The notes under the pieces are model-generated. The model ran no database searches, was not told where the DNA came from, and saw only the letters and a list, made by a program, of their open reading frames with translations. A stretch of 32,000 nt of DNA, taken from contig NC_002939.5 in assembly GCF_000007985.2 (NCBI RefSeq), positions 540,001-572,000 on the forward strand, read 5' to 3'. Below, piece by piece: positions 9,031 to 17,096 of the stretch. A program made the position numbers and the translations under genes. How positions within the stretch are numbered: the first letter of the stretch is position 1; the number at the start of each line of letters is the position of its first letter. The DNA comes from Geobacter sulfurreducens PCA. GTDB taxonomy: Bacteria > Desulfobacterota > Desulfuromonadia > Geobacterales > Geobacteraceae.

Positions 9031-9157
9031 CGGATCACTGTCTGATCACAGGAACCATGCGGGTTCCTGCAGGCAAGTCAGCAGTGGGCGATTGTTTTTT
9101 CCCGGCATCGCCGCTTCGTTGACCAGTCCCAGCTTGTTCTATTTTCAGGAGGAGACA

Positions 9158-9613
9158 ATGCTCCATCTGCGCAAGAAGATTCTCGTGGCCATCGACGGCT
9201 CTCCCCTGTCGGACAAGGCAGCCGAGGAGGCTGTCAGGATGGCTGCGGGCAATCCAAGCCAATTTAAAAGCAAGATTTACGCCATGCTGGTTCTGCCCAG
9301 TGCGCCGCGCAGCACGTTCACCGACTTCGTTCCTCCTCCGCCCATCACGGAAACGCCCGAGTGGGAAGAACTTCGGCAGCGGGTGTTCTATGTGATAGAA
9401 AAAAACGCCCGGGAGGCGGACATCCCCCTTGAGATCCGGGTGGTGTACGGCGAACCGGCGGAGGAACTCGTTAAATTTGCTGACAAGGAGCAGATCGACG
9501 TGATCGTGCTCGGCAGTTCGGGCAAGGGATTCCTGAAGCGGCAGTTGTTGGGCAGCGTCTCCCACAAGGTGGTAAAGACCGCCTCATGCTCGGTCTATAT
9601 TGTCAAGGGGTAG
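9158..9613 (+). CDS. Universal stress protein (UspA family, ATP-binding type).
   Basis: The track ORF is 9002-9613. The in-frame ATG at 9158 (MLHLRKKILVAIDGSPLSDKAAEE...) follows AGGAGGAG. The longer form would start inside the predicted promoter. The USP ATP motif is present (VLGSSGKGFLKRQLLGSVSHKV). Confidence 0.9.
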   Translation: MLHLRKKILVAIDGSPLSDKAAEEAVRMAAGNPSQFKSKIYAMLVLPSAPRSTFTDFVPPPPITETPEWEELRQRVFYVIEKNAREADIPLEIRVVYGEPAEELVKFADKEQIDVIVLGSSGKGFLKRQLLGSVSHKVVKTASCSVYIVKG

Positions 9614-9628
9614 GGGGAGCTTTCGGCG

Positions 9629-9701
9629 AAAATCCGTCCGGGCAGCTCGCAGTTCGCCGCACCTCCGGTCCCCGGAACCGTGCGGCCGACAAAATCCGTC
9701 C
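9629..9701. repeat. 11-nt direct repeat AAAATCCGTCC (9629-9639 and 9691-9701) in the convergent usp / TIM-barrel intergenic region.
   Basis: Read directly from the sequence. The two copies are identical and 62 nt apart. Confidence 0.6.
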
Positions 9702-9745
9702 TTGCCCGGCCGAGTTTTCACGGTGCTTGTTTCAGTTTGGCGGAC

Positions 9746-10537
9746 TCAGGCGGGGGATGTTTCCCGGCGAAGGTACTGGAGGATTTCCCTGAGGCTCTCC
9801 ACTATGATCCGCTCGTCCCGGGGGAATTCCTCAGGCGAGAGCTCCAGGGTGAGCGTATCGGCGTAGTCGGTGCTCCTCAGGTGATTGAGGAAGCGGGTGA
9901 GTGGAAGGATGCCGTGGCCGGGGATCAGGTGTTCCCTGCCGTGGCCGTAGTCGGAGAAGTGGATGTTCCTGATGCGGCCCGAATTGTAGCAGTGGTAGAA
10001 GTCATTGATGAAGTTGGCCTTGCCCGATCCCATGTGGGTGGTGTCGAAGGTCATGTAGAGATTGCGCTCCTGGATAAATTCGATCAGTTTCTCGGTATTC
10101 GAGAGGATGTGAGGGTTCACCCGGAAGCGGGTTCCCACCCACGGCATGTTCTCCAGGGTCACGATGACCGTTTCCCGCCCCACCTCTTTCTGGAAGTCCA
10201 TCACCCGGTAGAGCCAGCGCCAGAAGCCGATCTCGAATCCCATCCACGAGGGGGGATGGAAGTTGACGAGCGGTATTCCCGCGCCCGCCGCCAGTTCCAC
10301 GCAACGCTCCAGGGAGTCGATGGGGCCGCCCCATCCGTCAAGAGGCATGAATGGGGCGTGGATGGAGTTGATGGGGAGGATTTCGGCCAGTTCTTCAATG
10401 AGTTTGCGACAGTTGACCTTCTGAAAGTCCTGGTTGATGATGAGCTCGACGCCGTCGAATCCCGCTTCCCGGGCGATCCGCATGACTTTCCCCAGGGGAA
10501 AGGTGAAGAGCGTGCCGGTGGAAAGAGAGATCCGCAT
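9746..10537 (-). CDS. Xylose-isomerase-like TIM-barrel protein (sugar phosphate isomerase/epimerase, AP endonuclease family 2 fold).
   Basis: 263-aa ORF with an AGGGA RBS. The strand-end motifs INSIHAP, VNFHPP, VTLENMP, TFDTTH and IHFSD match the spacing of metal ligands in this fold. It is the last gene of the minus-strand operon, 5 nt after the previous stop. Confidence 0.75.
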   Translation of the reverse strand: MRISLSTGTLFTFPLGKVMRIAREAGFDGVELIINQDFQKVNCRKLIEELAEILPINSIHAPFMPLDGWGGPIDSLERCVELAAGAGIPLVNFHPPSWMGFEIGFWRWLYRVMDFQKEVGRETVIVTLENMPWVGTRFRVNPHILSNTEKLIEFIQERNLYMTFDTTHMGSGKANFINDFYHCYNSGRIRNIHFSDYGHGREHLIPGHGILPLTRFLNHLRSTDYADTLTLELSPEEFPRDERIIVESLREILQYLRRETSPA

Positions 10538-10542
10538 CGTGT

Positions 10543-11757
10543 CTATCCCTGCCCGGTAATGGTGGTGTAGACCAGCCGCTGAAGAGTCCCCACCGCTTCG
10601 ATGCCTGCCTTGAGTTCATCTTCCTCCTGCTCGGTCAGTCTCGCCGTATCCACGTAAATGCCGGAGGCCTCACCGCCCATGGCGGCGCGCCTCCGGCCGA
10701 AGCAGTGGCAGGCGCGCAGCAACCGCTCGGCCAGATCCACATCCATGTGCCCCTTCCGGAGCAGTGCCCGGATGCGCTCGATGGTGCCCGTTTCCGGTAT
10801 CTCCGCGTGGACCGCCAGAACCCTGACGTTGGCTACCAGGGGGGAGATGCCGTAGTAGCCCAGGTTGAACATTCCCCGCGACTCACCAATCCGCTCCGTC
10901 CTGAATCTGCCGAAAAAGTCGAATCCCGAGGGCATCATGGATATGTGCCGTGCCGTCTCCCGGAACTGGTCCCTGTGAAAGGCGAGCATGGACCGGACCA
11001 GGTTGTTCATTCCCTCGGCCAGGGCGGAGTCGCCGGCTACGCAGCGCAAATCGGTGAGCCCGATAAGCCATCCCAGGTCGCCGTCCCCTTCCGTAACCCG
11101 GCTGGTGATCCGTTTGCGCCAATCGGTCATGCTTCCCCGCCATGCTGCGCCGACCGGAGTGACTCCGCCGGGGCTGGCAAGGCCCAATCGTTCCAGGATG
11201 CCGGCAGCCCGTCCGGCCAGGCCCACGAAGAACGAGGTCTCTTCGGGGGCCTCCCCGTCGTGGATGACGGCAAAGTCCGCTGCTCCCGAAAGGCCCGCTT
11301 CGCCGCGCCCCAAGGCGCCCAGGGCGAGCCAGGCCCAGCCGACAGCCGGAGCTGCCGGACCGTGCTCTTCCATCCAGCGGAAAGCGAGCTGGAGCGCTCT
11401 CCGTGTCAGGTAGTCCGTCATGGTGGTACAGAGGATGTCGAAGGCCGGCACCGAGCCGCGTTGGCGAAAGTATTCGGCTGCCTTCTCCGCCAGTTGCCGT
11501 TGAAGGTCGATGAGGCCGTTCACGTCGGTGGCTGTTTCAGTCTCGGCAAGCAGACGGGGAAAGTCCTGGCCGAAGGCATCCTCGAAGGCGAGCTCTTTGT
11601 CGAGGGCTTCGGTCACTCCCTTGAGCAAACGGCATTCGCCGCCGGGGGGGAGGCTCTTGAGTCTGGCGAAGAGGTCGCGGCGCATCCCTTCCAGGAAGTC
11701 CGCGGTTCCCCGGCGGCTAAGGACATCGTCATTTTTTACCGCGAGAAAGAGCGGCAT
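10543..11757 (-). CDS. DUF294-type (putative nucleotidyltransferase plus DUF294_C substrate-binding) protein that lacks the usual cNMP/CBS sensor domains.
   Basis: 404-aa ORF with an AAGGAGA RBS. The block WAWLALGALGRGEAGLSGAADFAVIHDG resembles the G-x-G-R-x-E...D-x-D nucleotidyltransferase signature of DUF294/GlnD-like proteins. It sits next to a VC_2705-type symporter pair, the usual context for DUF294. The family assignment is from memory and is moderately confident. Confidence 0.65.
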   Translation of the reverse strand: MPLFLAVKNDDVLSRRGTADFLEGMRRDLFARLKSLPPGGECRLLKGVTEALDKELAFEDAFGQDFPRLLAETETATDVNGLIDLQRQLAEKAAEYFRQRGSVPAFDILCTTMTDYLTRRALQLAFRWMEEHGPAAPAVGWAWLALGALGRGEAGLSGAADFAVIHDGEAPEETSFFVGLAGRAAGILERLGLASPGGVTPVGAAWRGSMTDWRKRITSRVTEGDGDLGWLIGLTDLRCVAGDSALAEGMNNLVRSMLAFHRDQFRETARHISMMPSGFDFFGRFRTERIGESRGMFNLGYYGISPLVANVRVLAVHAEIPETGTIERIRALLRKGHMDVDLAERLLRACHCFGRRRAAMGGEASGIYVDTARLTEQEEDELKAGIEAVGTLQRLVYTTITGQG

Positions 11758-11778
11758 GGCGTCTCCTTGTTCCGTGCG

Positions 11779-13302
11779 TCAGTCCATGTGGCCGTGAACC
11801 TGTTCAGCCAGGAAGCGACGCACCGCTTCTGGGGGCGGCGGCGTGAGCAGCGACACGACAATCATGACTCCTATCACCAGCGGCGCGCCGATCAGGGCCG
11901 ATGAGGTGAGGGGGAAGACCTTCGCCACCGCCGGTACCAGGCCACCGAACAGGGGGGTGGAGAAGGTGATGAGGACGCCGGTCAGCATTCCGGCGATGAC
12001 ACCGTGGCGGTTGGCGCGGCTCCACCAGATTCCCAGGAGAAAGGCGGGGAAGATCGTGTTGCCGGCCAGGGCGAAGGCGACGGCCGTGATCTCGGCGATG
12101 AGCCCTGGCGGGTTCAGTGCGATGGCCAGGACGATCGCCGCAAGGACCACCACCGCACCCTTGGCCAGGGCCATCTTGGAACCCTCGGAGGCACGGGGGT
12201 TGATGAGGCGGTAATAGATATCGTGGGAAAGGGATGCCGCGCCGGTGATGAGCAGTCCCGCCACTGTGAAAAAGGCGGCGCTCATGGCGCCGGCGGCCAG
12301 GATGCCGATCATCCAGGAGGGAAGCCCTCCCATGACTGCGGTCTTGATCACGATGATGTCGGCCATCTTGCCGGCGGCCACCGGCGGGGGGGCCATGCCG
12401 GAGCGGGCCTCCAGCAGCCGGGCGAAGACGGCGTAGGCGGGAGCCGACCAGTAGATGAGAGCGATGAAGAACAGGCCCCAGACCAGGCTCCACCGGGCGT
12501 CGCGAATGTTTGGGACCACGTAGAAGCGCGACAGGACGTGGGGAAGACCGGCGGTGCCAACCATAAGGGTGAAGCAGAGGGCCACCCACTGGAAGAGGCC
12601 GGCCGAGGCGAAGGGGGCTGCGAAGTTGATGCCGAACTCGCGCTTGAGGTCCTGGATGGCAACGCCGTAGCCGAACTGGGGGAGTACCCAGAAGTAGCCG
12701 AGCTTATGAGCCAGGGCCATGAGAGGGAGGATGAACGAGACAATGAGCAGGGTGTACTGGAGCTGCTGGTTGCGGGCCACCCCCAGCATTCCCGAAAGAA
12801 TTACGTACCCCACCGCCACGGTGGCGCCCAGAATGACTCCGGTGCGGTAGTCGGTGGCGAAGAGCCAGCCGAAGAGCATGCCGATTCCCTTGAACTGAGC
12901 CGTGCAGTAGATCACCGAAATAGTAATGGAAATGGCCGCCGAGATGAGGCGCGCGCCCGGCGACGCATACCGGTCCCCCACGAAGTCCGGGGCCGTGTAC
13001 TTGCCGAAGCGGCGAATCTGGCCGGCCATGAGGACCAGCAGCAGCACGTAGCCGCCGGTCCAGCCTATGACGTACGCAAGGGCGTAGTAGCCCTGGAGGT
13101 AGAGAAGGCCGCCCATGCCCAGGAAGCTGGCCGCGCTCATCCAGTTGCTGGCAATGGCGGCACCCCCGCCGATCCGGCCGATGTAGCGCCCGCCGAAGCC
13201 GTAGTCTCCCGCTTCCCGCGCCCGTGCCCGCAGCCCGGTAATGATGAAGGTGGCCAGGGCAGCCGTCACGATAAGGAGGGGGACGAGATTCGCGTCAGTC
13301 AT
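11779..13302 (-). CDS. Sodium:solute symporter (SSS) family permease, large subunit of a DUF4212-associated symporter (VC_2705 / ActP-like type).
   Basis: 507-aa polytopic membrane protein with many hydrophobic segments and a Gly/Ala-rich composition. Its start overlaps the stop of the small membrane protein by 8 nt. It resembles the cation/acetate symporter-like permeases of Geobacter (Apl-type, from memory). Confidence 0.85.
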   Translation of the reverse strand: MTDANLVPLLIVTAALATFIITGLRARAREAGDYGFGGRYIGRIGGGAAIASNWMSAASFLGMGGLLYLQGYYALAYVIGWTGGYVLLLVLMAGQIRRFGKYTAPDFVGDRYASPGARLISAAISITISVIYCTAQFKGIGMLFGWLFATDYRTGVILGATVAVGYVILSGMLGVARNQQLQYTLLIVSFILPLMALAHKLGYFWVLPQFGYGVAIQDLKREFGINFAAPFASAGLFQWVALCFTLMVGTAGLPHVLSRFYVVPNIRDARWSLVWGLFFIALIYWSAPAYAVFARLLEARSGMAPPPVAAGKMADIIVIKTAVMGGLPSWMIGILAAGAMSAAFFTVAGLLITGAASLSHDIYYRLINPRASEGSKMALAKGAVVVLAAIVLAIALNPPGLIAEITAVAFALAGNTIFPAFLLGIWWSRANRHGVIAGMLTGVLITFSTPLFGGLVPAVAKVFPLTSSALIGAPLVIGVMIVVSLLTPPPPEAVRRFLAEQVHGHMD

Positions 13303-13621
13303 GGCTGCGGTCCCTCCTGCGGCTGTGCTGCTCGGTGTGCCGGTCTATGTAGATGTTGAAGAGGACGCAAAGAATGATGAACCAGAGGGGGAGGAACTGG
13401 CCCGTGAACCAGAAATGCCAGGGAAAGGAGAGAAAGGTGAGCCTGGTGAGTATGCCTTCGCCATCAGGCGACTGGGCCAGGAGCGCCAGTACGCCCTGGA
13501 AGCCGAAGTTGGCCACGGCCCATCCCACCAGCACGGCGGCGATGATGGCCACCTCGCCGGTCATGTAGCCTTTTCTCGGACGGAAGAAGTTTACGTCGCA
13601 AAGTTTTTGCGGATCGTTCAT
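13295..13621 (-). CDS. DUF4212 small membrane protein (putative solute:sodium symporter small subunit).
   Basis: The track ORF is 13295-13675. I prefer the ATG at 13621 (MNDPQKLCDVNFFRPRKGYMTGEVAII...) because GGGAGGG lies 9 nt upstream. The protein has two predicted TM helices and the FPWHFWFTGQ motif. It is coupled to the SSS permease by overlap. Confidence 0.8.
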   Translation of the reverse strand: MNDPQKLCDVNFFRPRKGYMTGEVAIIAAVLVGWAVANFGFQGVLALLAQSPDGEGILTRLTFLSFPWHFWFTGQFLPLWFIILCVLFNIYIDRHTEQHSRRRDRSHD

Positions 13622-13673
13622 GGGCTGTGCCCTCCCGGGCGCGGGCTGTAGCCGGCCACGCGCATCACAATGC

Positions 13674-13701
13674 ATTGTATCATTAATAGGTCTCCTGTCA
13701 G
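13674..13701 (-). promoter_or_regulatory. Candidate sigma70 promoter of the DUF4212-symporter operon.
   Basis: On the minus strand: CTGACA (13701-13696, overlapping the truD stop codon), N16, TACAAT (13679-13674). The -10 is embedded in a perfect 12-bp palindrome, ACAATGCATTGT (13667-13678). Confidence 0.45.
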
Positions 13702-14924
13702 GCGCCGTTTCCCGGGCGCTTCATGACCTCCCGCAGCACTGCCGTGGCATAGCTTCCCCGGGGCAGCGAGAACCGGAGCACCAGGTCTTCCTCCTCGCAG
13801 GATAGCTCGGGTCCCTCCAGGGGAACCCTCAGGGGGCGGCGCTCCCCCTCCATCCGCAGCCCGCCGGCCAGGTTGAAGGCTGCCGGCGTGAGTCCCGCCG
13901 CATCGAGAATGCTCTTTTCCAGGGCCGCCGGTTCCCCTTCGGGAGAGGTCATGCGACAGCCGAAGAGGGGACCGGTGGGGGATATCTCGAATCGCTCGGC
14001 CCGGGGTGCCTCGGCCTTGGCATCGGTCACCAGGAAGCAGGCGCCGTTATCGTGTTTCCAGGCCAGGTCACCCTCCATCACGTGGTCGATGGTCTGGAGC
14101 CGGGTCTCCAGAACCCGGTCGAAGAGGGCCGACTGGCAGGCCGAGAGGTAGAGTTTCTTGAGCCGGGGGTGGACCCCGTGGACGGCGCGCTCAAAGTCGT
14201 CCGGGCGCTTTGCCAGGCGCTGGAGCACGTCCCGCTCGGTCCGGCAGTGTCCGGGAAAGAGGCTGAGGCTCCCGGCCAGGTCGCCCTGTCGGTAGGCCTC
14301 GATGGCGGCCCGCCACCGTTCGCCCTCCACCTTTGCCGGGTCGCCCATCAGGAGGTCCACAGCTCCGCGCCAGTCGCCGGCCAGCATGGCCCGGCCCACC
14401 AGGTGGCTGTTTCCCTGGATGCCGTAGCGCTGCTCGCCGAAGCGGTTGGGGACCCCGCGCCGGGCGAGAACGTCGAGGATGGCGCGTGCCCGGTCGGCCG
14501 CGTCGGGGACCGTCTCCCGGAGCCGGAGCCGGAAGCGGTTGCCGGCCAAGTGGCCCAAGCGCAGCTTGTTCCGATGCCGGTCCGCGGACAGGATTCGGAT
14601 GCCCGGTATGTTGAGCCCCATCACCTCTGCCGGTGTCACCCGCGGCAGGGAAACCGTCTGCCGGGTTATCCCCCTGGCGTCCTTCATGCCGGCATAGCCC
14701 GTGTCCCGCTCGGGGGCGCCCGTGGCGCGGCAGAGGCGCCTGATGGCCTCCAGAGTGGTGATACCCCGCTTTTCGATCACTGCGTAGGTGTGCTCACCCT
14801 CGCCGCAGGGGAGGTAGAGAGAGATCTCCTCAACCAGGAAATCCTCGGGCGTTTCCTTGAAGAGGCCGCCCGTGCCGGGAAGCTCTGCCGTCAGGTAACG
14901 GCTGTCATGCTCATCGCGCGCCAC
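13698..14924 (-). CDS. truD: tRNA pseudouridine(13) synthase TruD.
   Basis: 408-aa ORF with a GTG start at 14924, preceded by GGAGGGGTGA inside the end of trmB. It has the TruD N-terminus (FKETPEDFLVEEI) and the catalytic-Asp motif YAGMKDARGIT. Confidence 0.9.
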   Translation of the reverse strand: MARDEHDSRYLTAELPGTGGLFKETPEDFLVEEISLYLPCGEGEHTYAVIEKRGITTLEAIRRLCRATGAPERDTGYAGMKDARGITRQTVSLPRVTPAEVMGLNIPGIRILSADRHRNKLRLGHLAGNRFRLRLRETVPDAADRARAILDVLARRGVPNRFGEQRYGIQGNSHLVGRAMLAGDWRGAVDLLMGDPAKVEGERWRAAIEAYRQGDLAGSLSLFPGHCRTERDVLQRLAKRPDDFERAVHGVHPRLKKLYLSACQSALFDRVLETRLQTIDHVMEGDLAWKHDNGACFLVTDAKAEAPRAERFEISPTGPLFGCRMTSPEGEPAALEKSILDAAGLTPAAFNLAGGLRMEGERRPLRVPLEGPELSCEEEDLVLRFSLPRGSYATAVLREVMKRPGNGA

Positions 14925-14927
14925 GCG

Positions 14928-15557
14928 TCACCCCTCCATTGTCGTGCGGTAGTGGATGAAGTAGATCCGTTTTCCCTCGGCCATGAACTTCTGCATGTAT
15001 TTGGAGAGGTGATAGCCTTCCAGTTCGTGCCGGAAGATGTCGGGAGCCAGCATGTTCGCATACCCCGGCATCTGGGGCATGAAGGCTGCCACGTCCTCGC
15101 CGTAGTCGTCAAAGTCGGTGGCGAAATAGAAATCGCCCCCCGGTGCCAGGTAGTCCCGGATGAACCGGACGAACTGCGTGTTCACGAGCCGACGCTTGCG
15201 GTGCCGCTTTTTTGGCCACGGATCGGGGCAGTTGATGTAGACCGCCGCCAGCGACCCCTTCTGAATCCGCTCCACGATGAACTGGCGCGCCTCGGCCCGC
15301 ACAACCCGCACGTTGGTGATCCCGTGCCGCTCCAACCGGCTGCATGTTTTGAGGCATCCCTTGTTGTAATAGTCGATGGCGATAAAGTTGGTTGTGGGGT
15401 GATCGAGGGCGGTCCGGGCGATGAAATCGCCGATGCCGCAGCCGATTTCCAGGGCAAGGGGGTTGTCGTTGCCGAATACGGCAGTCCAGTCCGCGGGCGT
15501 TCCGAGCTCGTCAGGGTTCAGAAAGAAGGGGGAATCGATGGGGATGATGCGCTGCAT
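14928..15557 (-). CDS. trmB: tRNA (guanine46-N7)-methyltransferase TrmB.
   Basis: The track ORF is 14928-15599. I prefer the ATG at 15557 ([12 protein letters not shown]...) because it has an AAGGA RBS. The SAM motif [10 protein letters not shown] and the hallmark [14 protein letters not shown] are present. A 3-nt gap separates it from truD. Confidence 0.9.
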
Positions 15558-15696
15558 TGGCTGTCCTTGGTGCGATAAAGTGGGCGTACCATAGCACAAA
15601 GCGTGTCAACGAGGAAGACTGCGCTTCCGGCTTGAGAAACGCGCCGTGCTGTGTTATTGCTATACGGTTGAAATAACGAAAAAAAGGAACAACGAG

Positions 15697-17028
15697 ATGA
15701 AATTTGCCGACTTGAACCTGCCCGAGCAGGTCATGCAGGGGGTGGCAGACGCAGGCTTCAGCGACTGCACCCCCATTCAGGAAAAAACGTTGCCCCTCTC
15801 GCTGGGGGGAAAAGATGTGGCCGGACAGGCCCAGACCGGCACCGGCAAGACCGCGGCCTTCCTGATCAGCCTCTTCACGAAGCTTCTCCGCTCCGGACGG
15901 GGAGGCGAGCGCCGCCATCCCCGCGCCATCATCCTTGCCCCCACCCGCGAGCTGGTGGTCCAGATCGAGAAGGACGCCCAGGTGCTCGGCGCCCACTGCG
16001 GGTTCACCATCCAGGCCATCTACGGCGGTGTGGACTACATGAAGCAGAAAAACGCCCTCAAGGAGGGGGCCGATGTGGTGGTCGGCACGCCGGGGCGGCT
16101 CATCGATTACCTGAAGCAGAAGGTCTACTCGCTCAAAGAGATCGAGATGCTGGTCATCGACGAGGCGGACCGGATGTTCGACATGGGCTTCATCGCCGAC
16201 CTCCGCTTCATCCTCCGGCGCCTTCCCCCCTACGACAAGAGGCAGAACCTGATGTTCTCCGCCACCTTGAACCAGCGGGTGATGGAGCTGGCCTACGAGT
16301 TCATGAACGTCCCTGAGAAGGTGGCGGTCACCCCCGAACAGATGACCGCCGAGCGGGTGGAGCAGGTCCTCTACCATGTGGGCCGGAAGGAGAAGTTTCC
16401 GCTGCTGCTGGGCCTCTTGCGCAAGGAGGGGATGGAGCGGACCATGATCTTCGTCAACACCAAGCGTGAGGCGGAGTTCCTGGATGAGCGGCTCAATGCC
16501 AACGACTTCCCCTGCCGGGTCATCTCCGGCGACGTGGAGCAGCGCAAGCGGCTCAAAATCCTGGAGGACTTCAAGAGCGGCAAGCTCCCGATAATGATCG
16601 CCACCGACGTGGCTTCGCGGGGGCTCCACATCGATGGGGTCTCCCACGTCATCAACTATGACCTCCCCCAGGACGCCGAGGACTACGTCCACCGCATCGG
16701 CCGCACGGCCCGGGCAGGTGCCGAGGGTAAGGCCATCTCCATGGCCGACGAGGACGGAGCGTTTCACCTTGAGGCGATCCACGAGTACATCAAGGACAAG
16801 ATCCCGGTGGAGTGGGCCGAGGATGATCTCTTCGTGCACGACTTCAAGCGGGTGAAGCCGCGGCCCAAGGGACAGGAGACCCGTGCCAAGGGTCCCACCC
16901 GTCACGGCAGGAAGCACCCGGAGGCCGAGAAGAAGGAGCCGGAAGGGGAGAAGAAGAAACGGAGCCGGCCCCGCCGCAAAAAGAATCCGGCGGCCGGCGA
17001 GGGGGGCACGCCTCCGGCCGCGGAGTAG
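15697..17028 (+). CDS. DEAD-box ATP-dependent RNA helicase (RhlE/DeaD-like) with a basic C-terminal tail.
   Basis: The ATG at 15697 (MKFADLNLPEQV...) follows AAGGAAC. All core motifs are present: Q (FSDCTPIQ), I (AQTGTGKT), Ia (PTRELV), II (VIDEADRM), III (SAT) and VI (HRIGRTARAG). The C-terminus is Lys/Arg/Glu-rich (KKEPEGEKKKRSRPRRKKN). Confidence 0.92.
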   Translation: MKFADLNLPEQVMQGVADAGFSDCTPIQEKTLPLSLGGKDVAGQAQTGTGKTAAFLISLFTKLLRSGRGGERRHPRAIILAPTRELVVQIEKDAQVLGAHCGFTIQAIYGGVDYMKQKNALKEGADVVVGTPGRLIDYLKQKVYSLKEIEMLVIDEADRMFDMGFIADLRFILRRLPPYDKRQNLMFSATLNQRVMELAYEFMNVPEKVAVTPEQMTAERVEQVLYHVGRKEKFPLLLGLLRKEGMERTMIFVNTKREAEFLDERLNANDFPCRVISGDVEQRKRLKILEDFKSGKLPIMIATDVASRGLHIDGVSHVINYDLPQDAEDYVHRIGRTARAGAEGKAISMADEDGAFHLEAIHEYIKDKIPVEWAEDDLFVHDFKRVKPRPKGQETRAKGPTRHGRKHPEAEKKEPEGEKKKRSRPRRKKNPAAGEGGTPPAAE

Positions 17029-17057
17029 GTGGCAGGAACGAGAGGCAGGGAACGCGG

Positions 17058-17092
17058 GGGAACGCATCTATGGATGCGTTCCCTCTTTTTGT
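17058..17092 (+). terminator. Rho-independent terminator of the helicase gene.
   Basis: GGGAACGCATC-TATG-GATGCGTTCCC, a perfect 11-bp stem, followed by TCTTTTTGT. There is no U-tract on the opposite strand, so it works mainly in the plus direction. Confidence 0.85.
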
Positions 17093-17096
17093 TTGG

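Noticed and set aside
15511-17067. 518-aa minus-strand ORF opposite the DEAD-box helicase.
   Set aside because: It is a shadow ORF. The helicase on the plus strand has every canonical motif, whereas this frame is Leu/Gly/Pro/His/Arg-rich with no domain signature.
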